A model generated the notes under the pieces. The model was not told the DNA's origin. It saw only the letters and a program-made list of their open reading frames with translations, and searched no databases. A stretch of DNA of 64,000 nt, taken from Vulcanimicrobiota bacterium. Its GTDB lineage: Bacteria; Vulcanimicrobiota; Xenobia; Xenobiales; JADMJV01. Both the position numbers and the translations under genes were made by a program. Shown here in pieces: positions 30,292 to 38,873 of this stretch (within the stretch, counting starts at the first letter, position 1; every line of letters begins with the position of its first letter). The stretch lies in contig JBFWNU010000001.1 in NCBI GenBank assembly GCA_050250895.1, positions 1,192,008-1,256,007 on the forward strand, in the 5' to 3' direction.

Positions 30292-32030
30292 AAATCCGGC
30301 TGGCTGTCACCTGTCTCTGGTTGTTGGCTCTGAGCCTGCCCGGGCTGGCCCAGGACGTGAGTGTAGGGGGTCGGGTCATCATGCGACTCGACACCAAGGA
30401 GGCGGCCGACGCCGTCACCGCTCGGATCGAGAAGTTGCTTTCCCAGGGCGCCGACCCCGAACAGATCAAAGCCCGCAAAGACGGAGAGGTCTTCTCCGTC
30501 TTCTGGGGCGAGGAACGGATCGTGACGGCCACGGCCGCCCTGGCCAGCGCCAACAAGAGTAGCAGCCAGAGCCTGGCCATTCGCTGGGCCGAGCAGCTCT
30601 ACGACACGGTTGGACCGGGGTTGCTCAGGGTGAAGCCGACCAGCGCCGTGTTGCCGGTCGGGGGCACGCTCGAGCTCGAGGTAGGAGGCTTAGCCGAGGG
30701 GCCGATCAGCGCCGAGGGGGGCAACGGGGTGGTGGCGGTCGATATCGACGACACCGGTATGGTGATCCTTCGGGGGCTGGCGGTGGGGCGTACCAAGGTG
30801 GTGCTAAAGCGCGGCCAGGGTCGAGTCGGAGTTCCGGTCCACGTCAAGGATTGGGCCGGCTACCCTCCCGATCGGGTCACCCTGAAGGTGACCGGCAACC
30901 CAGCTCCCGGACAGATGGTAGCCGAAGCGGGTCTGCAAGCCCTGTGGGCCCAGACCCGGGTCAATCCCGGTTGCCGGGTGCGCTTTGACGGTGGCCTGCC
31001 CGACATCCCCTCGGTGCCAAGCGGGCAGAACATGAAGTTCTCGCTGGCCATCAAGATTTCGGGCGGAGACGACTATTACCCGGTGGTGCGACGGGTGCCC
31101 ATCGAAGTGCAGTCCCTGCAGCTCGAGCCGGTCGAACCCAACTTGTTGTTGGTGAGCAATCGCCCCGAACGCGTCGACAAGGATGGAGTCCTGCTGGAGT
31201 ATACGTTTTCCAAGCAAGAGCCGTGTCGGCTGATGTACTCTCACCTCAACGAGACGCGTGGACGGCGTAATCTGTGGGTCAACCTGCAGAATCCGACGGC
31301 CGGCCCGGTCGAGGTGTTGATCGGTTGGACCTATGCCGGGCCCAACCGCAACGAGGTACATACCGGCCACTCGGCAGCGGTGCGCTTTCTCGACCAGCTG
31401 GGCAAGGGAGCCGGCTACGTCATCACGCTGGCCCCTCGCGAGACTTACGAGCTAGCCTATCATGATATGGGCACCCAGGACCTGGTCAGCGGTTTCGTTA
31501 ACCTTCGCATCCTCGAAGGCGAGAAACTGCGGGCCGAGGTGATCTCGGCGCTGGCTCCTTCGCGCAACGACAGTCGCAACATGGAGCGGCTGGGCGGGCC
31601 GTTTAACCCCTTCAAGATTCATCCCCACGGCGTTTTTGCCCAGCCCTGGTTCGAAGAGTGGGTCGACTTCAAGCCCGGAGACGAACCGGTGTCGGTGCCC
31701 TATGGCAAGAGCCCGTGGCTCATCGACTTCGAAACTGGCCTGCCGAACACCGGTAACTTCGGGGTGATTTATCGCTATAATTTCGTGGTTACCAACCCCA
31801 CTCGCCAGAGCCGCCAATTTCGACTGATCTTCAACCCGGTCTCGGGACCGGGCGCGGGGACCTTCCTGGTCGACGATCAGGTGGTCGAGGCCGACTTTCG
31901 CCGCAAAGGGGTTCCTGCCACCATCTATCAGTTCACCGTTGGGCCCGGCCAGGAGCGGACCGTCAAGTTGGTGACCGTGCCCGAGGCTTCGTCGAACTAT
32001 CCGGCTCAGGTGGAGATCACCGATCAATGA
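30288..32030 (+). CDS. Secreted multidomain hypothetical protein embedded in the lpx operon
   Basis: Signal peptide, overlaps both neighbours by 4 nt. Ig-like middle region, then LLVSNRPERV..GVL and GNFGVIY segments. Confidence 0.75.
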   Translation: MKIRLAVTCLWLLALSLPGLAQDVSVGGRVIMRLDTKEAADAVTARIEKLLSQGADPEQIKARKDGEVFSVFWGEERIVTATAALASANKSSSQSLAIRWAEQLYDTVGPGLLRVKPTSAVLPVGGTLELEVGGLAEGPISAEGGNGVVAVDIDDTGMVILRGLAVGRTKVVLKRGQGRVGVPVHVKDWAGYPPDRVTLKVTGNPAPGQMVAEAGLQALWAQTRVNPGCRVRFDGGLPDIPSVPSGQNMKFSLAIKISGGDDYYPVVRRVPIEVQSLQLEPVEPNLLLVSNRPERVDKDGVLLEYTFSKQEPCRLMYSHLNETRGRRNLWVNLQNPTAGPVEVLIGWTYAGPNRNEVHTGHSAAVRFLDQLGKGAGYVITLAPRETYELAYHDMGTQDLVSGFVNLRILEGEKLRAEVISALAPSRNDSRNMERLGGPFNPFKIHPHGVFAQPWFEEWVDFKPGDEPVSVPYGKSPWLIDFETGLPNTGNFGVIYRYNFVVTNPTRQSRQFRLIFNPVSGPGAGTFLVDDQVVEADFRRKGVPATIYQFTVGPGQERTVKLVTVPEASSNYPAQVEITDQ

Positions 32031-32851
32031 GTCGGCGCCAGGCCACCCTCGAGGCTCCTTTCGAGTTGACTGGAGTGGGCGTACACACGGGCGTGGATTG
32101 TCGCCTTCGCTTGCGCCCCGGTGGCGTCGACGAGGGCTTTCGCCTGATCCATCGGGGCCACACCTTTCCTGCTCACGTGCGTCTGGTCAGCGAGTGCACC
32201 CGCTCCACCAAGGTCGGGTTGGCCGAGTACGCCGTCTCGACTGTAGAACATCTGCTGGCGGCCGCCGCGGCCTCTCAACTCGACAACCTGGTGATCGAGG
32301 TCGAGGGCGGTGAGGTTCCCATCTTAGATGGCTCGGCGCTGCCTTTCTTTGAAGAATTCTCGCGGGCGGGCCGGGTCGAGCAGGGTAAGCCGGTCGAGCC
32401 GCTCGTGCTGGATCGTCCCGTCTGGGTAGGACAGGGCGATGCCATGGTGCTGGCCCGTCCACACCATCGGCTCGAACTCGAGTACCTGATCTACTATCCC
32501 CATCCTATGGTGGGTTGTCAGCAGGTGACCTTCGTCCCTGAAGAAGACAGCTTTCTAGAGCAACTGGCCCCGGCTAGAACTTTTGCGCTCTGGGAGGAGG
32601 TTCAGCCTCTGTTTGAAAGTGGGCTGGCCAAAGGTGGTGACCTGAGCAACGCTCTGGTGATCTATCAAGACCGGTATTCGAGCCCTTTGCGCCTGGACGA
32701 CGAGCCAGTCCGCCACAAGTGCCTCGATCTGTTGGGGGATCTGGCTCTGCTGGGTCGACCCCTGCAAGCCAGGGTCACGGCGGTTCGTGCCGGCCATCGT
32801 CTGCACGTCGCCCTGGCCAGAAAGATACTTCAGGAGATTGAGCATGCTTGA
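32027..32851 (+). CDS. lpxC: UDP-3-O-acyl-N-acetylglucosamine deacetylase LpxC
   Basis: GVGVHTG, TVEHLLAA, EVPILDGSA, ARTF, HKCLDLLGDL, AGH. Confidence 0.95.
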   Translation: MSRRQATLEAPFELTGVGVHTGVDCRLRLRPGGVDEGFRLIHRGHTFPAHVRLVSECTRSTKVGLAEYAVSTVEHLLAAAAASQLDNLVIEVEGGEVPILDGSALPFFEEFSRAGRVEQGKPVEPLVLDRPVWVGQGDAMVLARPHHRLELEYLIYYPHPMVGCQQVTFVPEEDSFLEQLAPARTFALWEEVQPLFESGLAKGGDLSNALVIYQDRYSSPLRLDDEPVRHKCLDLLGDLALLGRPLQARVTAVRAGHRLHVALARKILQEIEHA

Positions 32852-33266
32852 CGGAATCGCCATCCAGGAGAAGATCCCCCACCGCTATCCTTTCTTTCTG
32901 CTCGATGGCGTCGTTGAGCAGAGCCCCGAGCGGATCGTGGGTTTCAAGAACGTCACCGTCAACGAGCCCCACTTTCAGGGGCATTTTCCCAACGCTCCCG
33001 TCATGCCCGGTGTGTTGGTGCTCGAGGCTTTGCTGCAATTGGCCTGGGTGAAGTTCGCGGCCGAGGGCGGCATTCGACTGGCCAGGATACGTAAGCTGCG
33101 ATTCCGTCGTCCCACCGTGCCGGGTGATCGGCTCGAGCTCGAGGTGGATATCGTCTCTCGTGACGGCGATTCGGCGGAACTAAAGGTGTTGGCGCGGGTT
33201 GAAGATCAAGTCTCGGCCACCGGCTCGGTCTGGGTAAAGGTGGGTCGAGAAGTCGTTGGAGCCTAG
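32844..33266 (+). CDS. fabZ: 3-hydroxyacyl-ACP dehydratase FabZ
   Basis: IPHRYPFFLLD, KNVTVNE, GHFP..PVMPGVL. Start moved to ATG 32844. Confidence 0.92.
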   Translation: MLDGIAIQEKIPHRYPFFLLDGVVEQSPERIVGFKNVTVNEPHFQGHFPNAPVMPGVLVLEALLQLAWVKFAAEGGIRLARIRKLRFRRPTVPGDRLELEVDIVSRDGDSAELKVLARVEDQVSATGSVWVKVGREVVGA

Positions 33267-33344
33267 AGAGGAAGCCCAAAGAGGACTACCAAGTCGGGCG
33301 GCGAACGTCAAGGCCAGGCTGCTTGCAGATTTTTTTTCAAGTAG

Positions 33345-33373
33345 TTGCGTGTCCCCGATGGCTGTGTTATAAA
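33345..33373 (+). promoter_or_regulatory. Putative internal sigma70 promoter for gnnA-like/lpxA/lpxB
   Basis: TTGCGT, 17-nt spacer, TATAAA with extended -10 TG, inside a 300-bp intergenic gap. Confidence 0.55.
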
Positions 33374-33402
33374 CCAGTAAATCTGTGAGAAGAGTTTCGT
33401 GG

Positions 33403-33558
33403 ACGCGAGGGGGTGGCGATTTGGGGTTGCCACCCCGAATGCGTAGGTCGGTAAAGCTGGGGAAAGCTTCAGCTGAACCGATGAGAACCTTGAGGCTTCC
33501 ACTCGGAAGCTCCGGAGCGTCAAGTTTCCGGCTGGCCGTTGGGCCAGGGGGAAGGAGG
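33403..33558 (+). ncRNA. Candidate structured cis-regulatory leader RNA (five consecutive hairpins)
   Basis: Hairpins at 33403-33444, 33448-33481, 33492-33512, 33512-33531 and 33532-33547, directly before the AAGGAGG RBS (33552-33558). Confidence 0.45.
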
Positions 33559-33566
33559 CATAGGTC

Positions 33567-34541
33567 TTGGAACCAGTTAGAGTGGGGGTTGTAGGAATTG
33601 GGAACATGGGCGTCCATCACGCTCGCGTTTACTCAGAGCTTCCTCAGACTGAGCTGGTAGGGGTAATCGATATTAACGAAGCCCGTGGTAAGCTCTGCTC
33701 CGAGCAGTACAGCACCAACTTCTCCAGCGATTACAGAAGTCTCTTTGAGCGAGAAGTTCAGGCTGTTAATATCGTCGTTCCCACCAGTTTGCATTTTCCG
33801 CTAGCGGTGGACTTTTTGCAGCATCACGTCCACGTTCTCGTCGAAAAGCCGATTACGGTGGATCTGATTCAGGCCAAGCGTCTGGTCGATCTCTCGAAGA
33901 AAAAACATTGTATCCTCCAGGTGGGTCACCTGGAGCGCTTCAATCCGGCCGTCCGTAAGCTACGCGAAGTGCTCGGGCGGCCGGTTTATCTAGAGTCAAG
34001 ACGGATCTCGTACCCGACCAACCGCAACCTGGATGTTGGGGTAGTGTGGGACCTGATGATTCACGACCTGGACATCCTCATCAACTTGGTAAAGTCGCCG
34101 GTGGTGGAGATTCACGCCATGGGCGTCTCGGTCTATTCCGACTTCGAAGATGTGGCCCAGGTTCACCTACTGTTCAAGAACGGAGTGGCGGCCAGTTTGC
34201 TGGCCTCGCGTATCAGTGGCGAAAAGCAGCGCAGTCTGAAGGTCACCGAAGACACCGGCCGCACTCTGAATCTCGACTTCATCAACCAGACGCTGCAAGC
34301 CATGCGGCCGCCCCGCAACGGACGGCCGATTCCGCCCGAGTTCTTGCCGGTGGAAAAAGATGAGCCTTTGCGCCTGGAACTATCGCACTTTGCCGATTGC
34401 GTGGCCAATCACAAGACTCCCCTGGTGACGGGTGATGACGGTAAGCGGGCCCTGGAGTTGGCGATGCAGGTCCTGGCCCGGATGAAAATGGTTAAGTCCA
34501 AGGCTCCGCTGGGTAAAGAACTGATAGCTTTGGCGGGGTAA
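33567..34541 (+). CDS. Gfo/Idh/MocA oxidoreductase, GnnA-like UDP-GlcNAc 3-dehydrogenase
   Basis: GVVGIGNMG, VEKPI, VGHLERFNPA, DLMIHDLDI. Lies immediately upstream of lpxA-lpxB. Confidence 0.8.
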   Translation: MEPVRVGVVGIGNMGVHHARVYSELPQTELVGVIDINEARGKLCSEQYSTNFSSDYRSLFEREVQAVNIVVPTSLHFPLAVDFLQHHVHVLVEKPITVDLIQAKRLVDLSKKKHCILQVGHLERFNPAVRKLREVLGRPVYLESRRISYPTNRNLDVGVVWDLMIHDLDILINLVKSPVVEIHAMGVSVYSDFEDVAQVHLLFKNGVAASLLASRISGEKQRSLKVTEDTGRTLNLDFINQTLQAMRPPRNGRPIPPEFLPVEKDEPLRLELSHFADCVANHKTPLVTGDDGKRALELAMQVLARMKMVKSKAPLGKELIALAG

Positions 34542-34557
34542 GAGAGGAGCAGGCCGA

Positions 34558-35409
34558 ATGGCCACAATCCATCCTTCTGCACTGGTGAATCCGAAGGCGG
34601 AGATCGCTGACGATGTCGAGATCGGACCGTTCACCATCGTTGGTGAAAACGTCAAGATCGGCCGCGGCACGAAGATCCACTCTTCGGTGGTTCTCGATGG
34701 CTGGACCGAGATCGGTGAAGACAACGAGATCTATCCTGGTGCCGTTATCGGTGTCGCTCCTCAGGACCTGCGCTACAGTGGCGAGCGCGCCTACACCCGC
34801 ATCGGTCACCGCAACGTCATTCGCGAGTATGTCACCGTTCATCGCGCCTCGGACGAAGAGGGTCTGACCGCCATCGGCGATGACAACCTGATCATGGCCT
34901 ACACCCACGTGGCTCACAACTGCCTGCTGGGGAATCAGATCATCGTGGCCAATTCGGTCGGACTGGCTGGCCATGTCGAGATCGAAGATCAGGCCGTGCT
35001 GGGAGGCATGTGCGGCGTTCATCAGTTCGTGCGCGTGGGCCGGCTGGCGATGCTCGGCGGGATGGCCAAGGTCAGCCAGGATGTGCCTCCTTTTGCGATG
35101 GTCGACGGGCAACCGGCTCGCATTTTCGGCATGAACATCCGCGGCATGCAGCGGCGGGGCGTGACCAAAGAAGCCCGACTCGGTTTGAAGAATTGCTACC
35201 GGCTGATCTTGCGTTCGGGTCTGAACCTCAGCCAGGCTTTGAGCGCCGTTCGCGCCACCGTCGACAGCACGGACGAGGTGCGTCACTTGTTGAGATTTCT
35301 AGAGAGTCCCTCGCGGATGGGCGTGTGCATTCGCCAGCCCGACCACAAACGCGACAAGCAGGCCAACGGTCGGCCCCTGAAGGTCAAAGTCGAAGCCGCC
35401 GGAGGATAG
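34558..35409 (+). CDS. lpxA: Acyl-ACP--UDP-N-acetylglucosamine O-acyltransferase LpxA
   Basis: IHPSALV, PQDLRY, IREYVTVHR, HVAHNC, LAGHV, VHQFVRVG, QDVPPF. Confidence 0.95.
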   Translation: MATIHPSALVNPKAEIADDVEIGPFTIVGENVKIGRGTKIHSSVVLDGWTEIGEDNEIYPGAVIGVAPQDLRYSGERAYTRIGHRNVIREYVTVHRASDEEGLTAIGDDNLIMAYTHVAHNCLLGNQIIVANSVGLAGHVEIEDQAVLGGMCGVHQFVRVGRLAMLGGMAKVSQDVPPFAMVDGQPARIFGMNIRGMQRRGVTKEARLGLKNCYRLILRSGLNLSQALSAVRATVDSTDEVRHLLRFLESPSRMGVCIRQPDHKRDKQANGRPLKVKVEAAGG

Positions 35410-35428
35410 TGGCTCTCCCCCTTAGCTG

Positions 35429-36622
35429 ATGGCGCGAAAAATAGCGATCATGGCCGCCGAGCCTTCGGGGGATTTGCAGGGTGCGGCGCTGGCTCGCGAA
35501 CTTCGCCGACGAATCCCCTCGGTCGAACTCTTAGGAGTTGGCTGTGCCCGGTTGCGGGAGGCCGGGGTCCAGTTGATGTGTGATTCTTCCACCTGGGGGA
35601 CCATCGGTCCGAGCGAGGCGATCGCCCGCCTTCCCGCGCTTTACATGGCTTATCGCAAGATGCGCCACGTTTTGGTTCGCGAGCAGCCCGACTTGACGGT
35701 GGTCATCGATTCGCCGGCCATCCACATGCGTTTGACCGGTTATCTGCAAAGACAATCCATGCGCACTCTGTATTACTTTCCCCCCTCGGCCTGGACGCGC
35801 AACCCCAAGCGAATGCACGAGATCCACTGCCGGGTCTGCGGCGTGGTGGCCACCTTCGCCTATAACTATCAGACCTACTGTGATAACGGACTGCCAGTAG
35901 CCTACTATGGCCACCCCATGGTCGACCTGCTGGACCGGGCCCCTTCGGCGGCCGAATCGCGTCGTGCCCTGGGCCTTCCCGAAGCCCGGTATGTGGCCCT
36001 GATGCCGGGTAGCCGAACTCAGGAGGTCCGTCTATTGACGCCGATTCTGCTCGAGACGGCCCGGCGACTGAGGCGCCATCGACCGGACTTGAGGTTTCTG
36101 CTGCCGGCCGCCAGCGCCAAGATCGAGAAGCGTCTGCGCGATCTGATCGGACCCATTCCCGACTGGCTCACCCTGCTGTCGGGATCATCCCGCGAAGCTC
36201 TGCGCTGCTCTGAACTGGTGTTGATGTGCTCGGGCTCGGCCTCGCTCGAGGCGGCCGTGCTGGGGATTCCCCTGGCCATTTTTTACAAGTTCAATCAGGC
36301 CGACTATGCCCTGGCCCGCCTGCTACGCTGGCTGAATATTCTGAGGATCCAGCGCTTTGGACTGCCCAATCTGGTGCTCGACGAGGATGTCCTGCCCGAA
36401 CTGTTCCAGGATCAGGTCACTCCCGAGCGCCTCGAGCAAGAGGCCCTGCGGCTGCTCGAGCCGGGACCCTATCGTGACCACCACCTGCAACAACTGGCCC
36501 GGGTCCGTGAGGCCCTGGCTGGAGAAGGGTCCATTCCCAGGATTGCGGCCTTTGTCGACTATATCGCCCAGGGTTACGAGAGTCTGGAGGCCCTCGAGAA
36601 GGTCGATCGGGAGTTCGCCTGA
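35429..36622 (+). CDS. lpxB: Lipid-A-disaccharide synthase LpxB
   Basis: AAEPSGDLQGA, IDSP, PPSAW, GHPMVD, MPGSRTQEV, SGSASLE, GLPNLV, PELFQD. Confidence 0.9.
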   Translation: MARKIAIMAAEPSGDLQGAALARELRRRIPSVELLGVGCARLREAGVQLMCDSSTWGTIGPSEAIARLPALYMAYRKMRHVLVREQPDLTVVIDSPAIHMRLTGYLQRQSMRTLYYFPPSAWTRNPKRMHEIHCRVCGVVATFAYNYQTYCDNGLPVAYYGHPMVDLLDRAPSAAESRRALGLPEARYVALMPGSRTQEVRLLTPILLETARRLRRHRPDLRFLLPAASAKIEKRLRDLIGPIPDWLTLLSGSSREALRCSELVLMCSGSASLEAAVLGIPLAIFYKFNQADYALARLLRWLNILRIQRFGLPNLVLDEDVLPELFQDQVTPERLEQEALRLLEPGPYRDHHLQQLARVREALAGEGSIPRIAAFVDYIAQGYESLEALEKVDREFA

Positions 36623-37785
36623 TGGAGATCATCCTGACCGCTAACTCGCCGGGCGAGGTAGGTGCCTGGGTGCGGGCTACCGTAGCCGAGCTCAAAGCCA
36701 GCCATCCCGAGGTTCGTATCACCGTGGCCCTCGTGCCCTGCCCGTTTGCCACGGGGGCCGAAGCTCGTGTGGCCGAGTCTTTGCCCGGCGTCGACCGGGT
36801 GCTGCCCCCCTGGCACACCATGCTGGGCATTCTCGGGCTGCGCCGTTTACCAGCCTTTGAACGCCCGGCGGTGGTGGGATATCTGGGCGGAGAGTTGCTC
36901 CACGCCCTGGGTCTGGGTTGGCGGCTTGGATTGCCGACGGTGGGCTATCTGGTCAAACCGTCGTTTTGGGGCCGCTATTTCACCCGGATAGGCCTGGCCC
37001 GCGCCCAGGATCAGCCAGAGATGGGTGAGCTGGCACGTTTTTGCGGCGACTTGCGGGTCGACGGGGTGCAGCGCAACCTGCCCGGGTCGCCTCGCCACCA
37101 GGGTGGACCGGTTTTGGGCCTTTTTCCGGGATCGCGGGCTATCCACATGCGGGCCACCCTGGGGGTCTATCTGCGGGCGGCCGAGCTGATCGCGCAGCGG
37201 GTGCCCGACCTGAGGGTGATATTGGCACTGTCGCCATTTGTCGACCGCGCCAGCGTGGAGGCGGCCATGGTGCGGCCGCTCCTGCCTCTGCCGGTCAGTC
37301 GCGGCGAGTTTGTCGAGGACATGCTGATGACCCAGGGGGGGTTGTCGGTTGAAGTGCTCTGGGGCAAGCCCTACGAGGCGATCGAACGCCTGGACCTGGC
37401 CCTGTGCATTCCCGGCACCAACACGGCCGAGCTGGCCTGTGCCGGTAAGCCCTTCCTGGTCACCTTGCACCCTTTGGCCCAGGTTGGGGGCGGCGGGCTG
37501 TTTGGCTTGCTGGATCGCTTGCCTCTGGGTCCGCTCAAGCCCTATCTGCGGCTGCGCAAGCAGCGACGCCTGAGATTCACCGCTTATCCCAACTATCTGG
37601 CCAACGAGATGATCGCTCCCGAGGTCCTGGTGGCAGACGATCTCTCCAATCTTTGCGACCAATCCGTGGAGTTGCTTGAGAATCAAGAACACAGGAAGAG
37701 GATTGGGACACGGCTTCAGGAAGCTATGGGCCCTCCCGGGGCCGCACGCGCCCTGGCTGAGTTGATGGTGGAGACGGTTGCATAG
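36622..37785 (+). CDS. LpxB-like GT-B glycosyltransferase (second paralogue)
   Basis: TANSPGEVGAW, FPGSR, PGTNTAELA, AYPN. LpxB-type C-terminal half with a divergent N-terminus. Confidence 0.75.
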   Translation: MEIILTANSPGEVGAWVRATVAELKASHPEVRITVALVPCPFATGAEARVAESLPGVDRVLPPWHTMLGILGLRRLPAFERPAVVGYLGGELLHALGLGWRLGLPTVGYLVKPSFWGRYFTRIGLARAQDQPEMGELARFCGDLRVDGVQRNLPGSPRHQGGPVLGLFPGSRAIHMRATLGVYLRAAELIAQRVPDLRVILALSPFVDRASVEAAMVRPLLPLPVSRGEFVEDMLMTQGGLSVEVLWGKPYEAIERLDLALCIPGTNTAELACAGKPFLVTLHPLAQVGGGGLFGLLDRLPLGPLKPYLRLRKQRRLRFTAYPNYLANEMIAPEVLVADDLSNLCDQSVELLENQEHRKRIGTRLQEAMGPPGAARALAELMVETVA

Positions 37786-38359
37786 CTTTCGGGAATTTGT
37801 CTTTCGTTGGCGGGGGGGCCTGCTAGCTCCTCTGGCTCTCATTCTGTTGGTGGGGGGGCAGCCCACGCCCTCCTCGTTTGGCCTGGGGCTGTGGCTGGCC
37901 CTGATGGGCGAGAGCCTCCGTCTGTGGGCTATCGGCTACACCGGCGAGCCGACCCGTGGACAAGAACTGGAGGCCCCCGCTCTGGTCACGGCCGGGCCGT
38001 ATTCCTTGACTCGCAATCCACTTTATCTAGGGAATCTGTGCAACGGACTGGCGCTGGCTATGGCGGCTGCCGGGGGGCATACGGCTGGCGGTGCGGCTCT
38101 GCTCATCGCGATGGCCGCTTGCGGGTTGGCGTTTGTTTATGGTAGCATCATCCCGCTGGAAGAACAGTTCCTCGAGGAAAAATTTGGCCAGGTCTACCGG
38201 GAGTATAAGCAATCGGTGGCGGCCCTGATCCCCTGGAGCTTACGTTTGAAGCCTGGCTACGGCTCCTTTTCGTTGCGTCAAGCCTTGCTCTTCGAGCGAT
38301 CTTCGTTGCTATGGTGGGCCTCGATTTGGGGCATACTGTGGTTGAGGGTGGGACCGTAA
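37778..38359 (+). CDS. Isoprenylcysteine carboxyl methyltransferase (ICMT/PEMT) family membrane protein
   Basis: LRLWAIGY, LVTAGPYSLTRNPLYLGN, EEQFLEEKFGQVYREYKQSV. Confidence 0.88.
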   Translation: MHSFREFVFRWRGGLLAPLALILLVGGQPTPSSFGLGLWLALMGESLRLWAIGYTGEPTRGQELEAPALVTAGPYSLTRNPLYLGNLCNGLALAMAAAGGHTAGGAALLIAMAACGLAFVYGSIIPLEEQFLEEKFGQVYREYKQSVAALIPWSLRLKPGYGSFSLRQALLFERSSLLWWASIWGILWLRVGP

Positions 38360-38372
38360 GGAGTCGGAGTAG

Positions 38373-38873
38373 TTGAGTCGTAAGCGTCCGAAAATGGCCG
38401 GTGGGAAACGCCTACCCGGTGTCACTGCCGCCAAGAAGCCCCCTTCCAGGCGCCCCGCCAAGAAGGACACCCCTGAGGACAAGCTTCGTTTTCAGCGAAT
38501 CCTGGCCACCATCGGCTTCGGTTTCTGCGGCGCTCTAGCCGGCTTTCTTACCGGCGCCAACAAGTTGGCCACGCCTCCCCCCGAGGTGGCCGCCAACCCG
38601 TTGCTCAACCTCACCTGGATGGGGTTGACCGTGGGCTTCGAGAAGTTCCACCTGGCCCAGGGCATCGAAGGGCTGGTGCTGGGGGCGGTGATCGGCGCGA
38701 CCATGGGCTTTTCGGTTTTGATGCATCCCGGAGTCATGCTGGGATCATGGCTTGCTTCGGGCCTGCTGTTGGGCCTGGCCTGGAAATTCACCGGCAGTCT
38801 GGTAGTGGCGGCCGTGGCCTGGATGGCCGGCTTTTTGCCGTTCTTGCTGAGAGAGTTTTCTAAAGAGGAATAG
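38373..38873 (+). CDS. Hypothetical membrane protein
   Basis: Basic N-terminus followed by about 4 hydrophobic segments. GGAG RBS, in operon. Confidence 0.7.
   Translation: MSRKRPKMAGGKRLPGVTAAKKPPSRRPAKKDTPEDKLRFQRILATIGFGFCGALAGFLTGANKLATPPPEVAANPLLNLTWMGLTVGFEKFHLAQGIEGLVLGAVIGATMGFSVLMHPGVMLGSWLASGLLLGLAWKFTGSLVVAAVAWMAGFLPFLLREFSKEE

Noticed and set aside
33180-33620. Short ORFs across the fabZ-gnnA gap
   Set aside because: No RBS or motifs, and they overlap real genes. The region is better explained as promoter plus structured leader.
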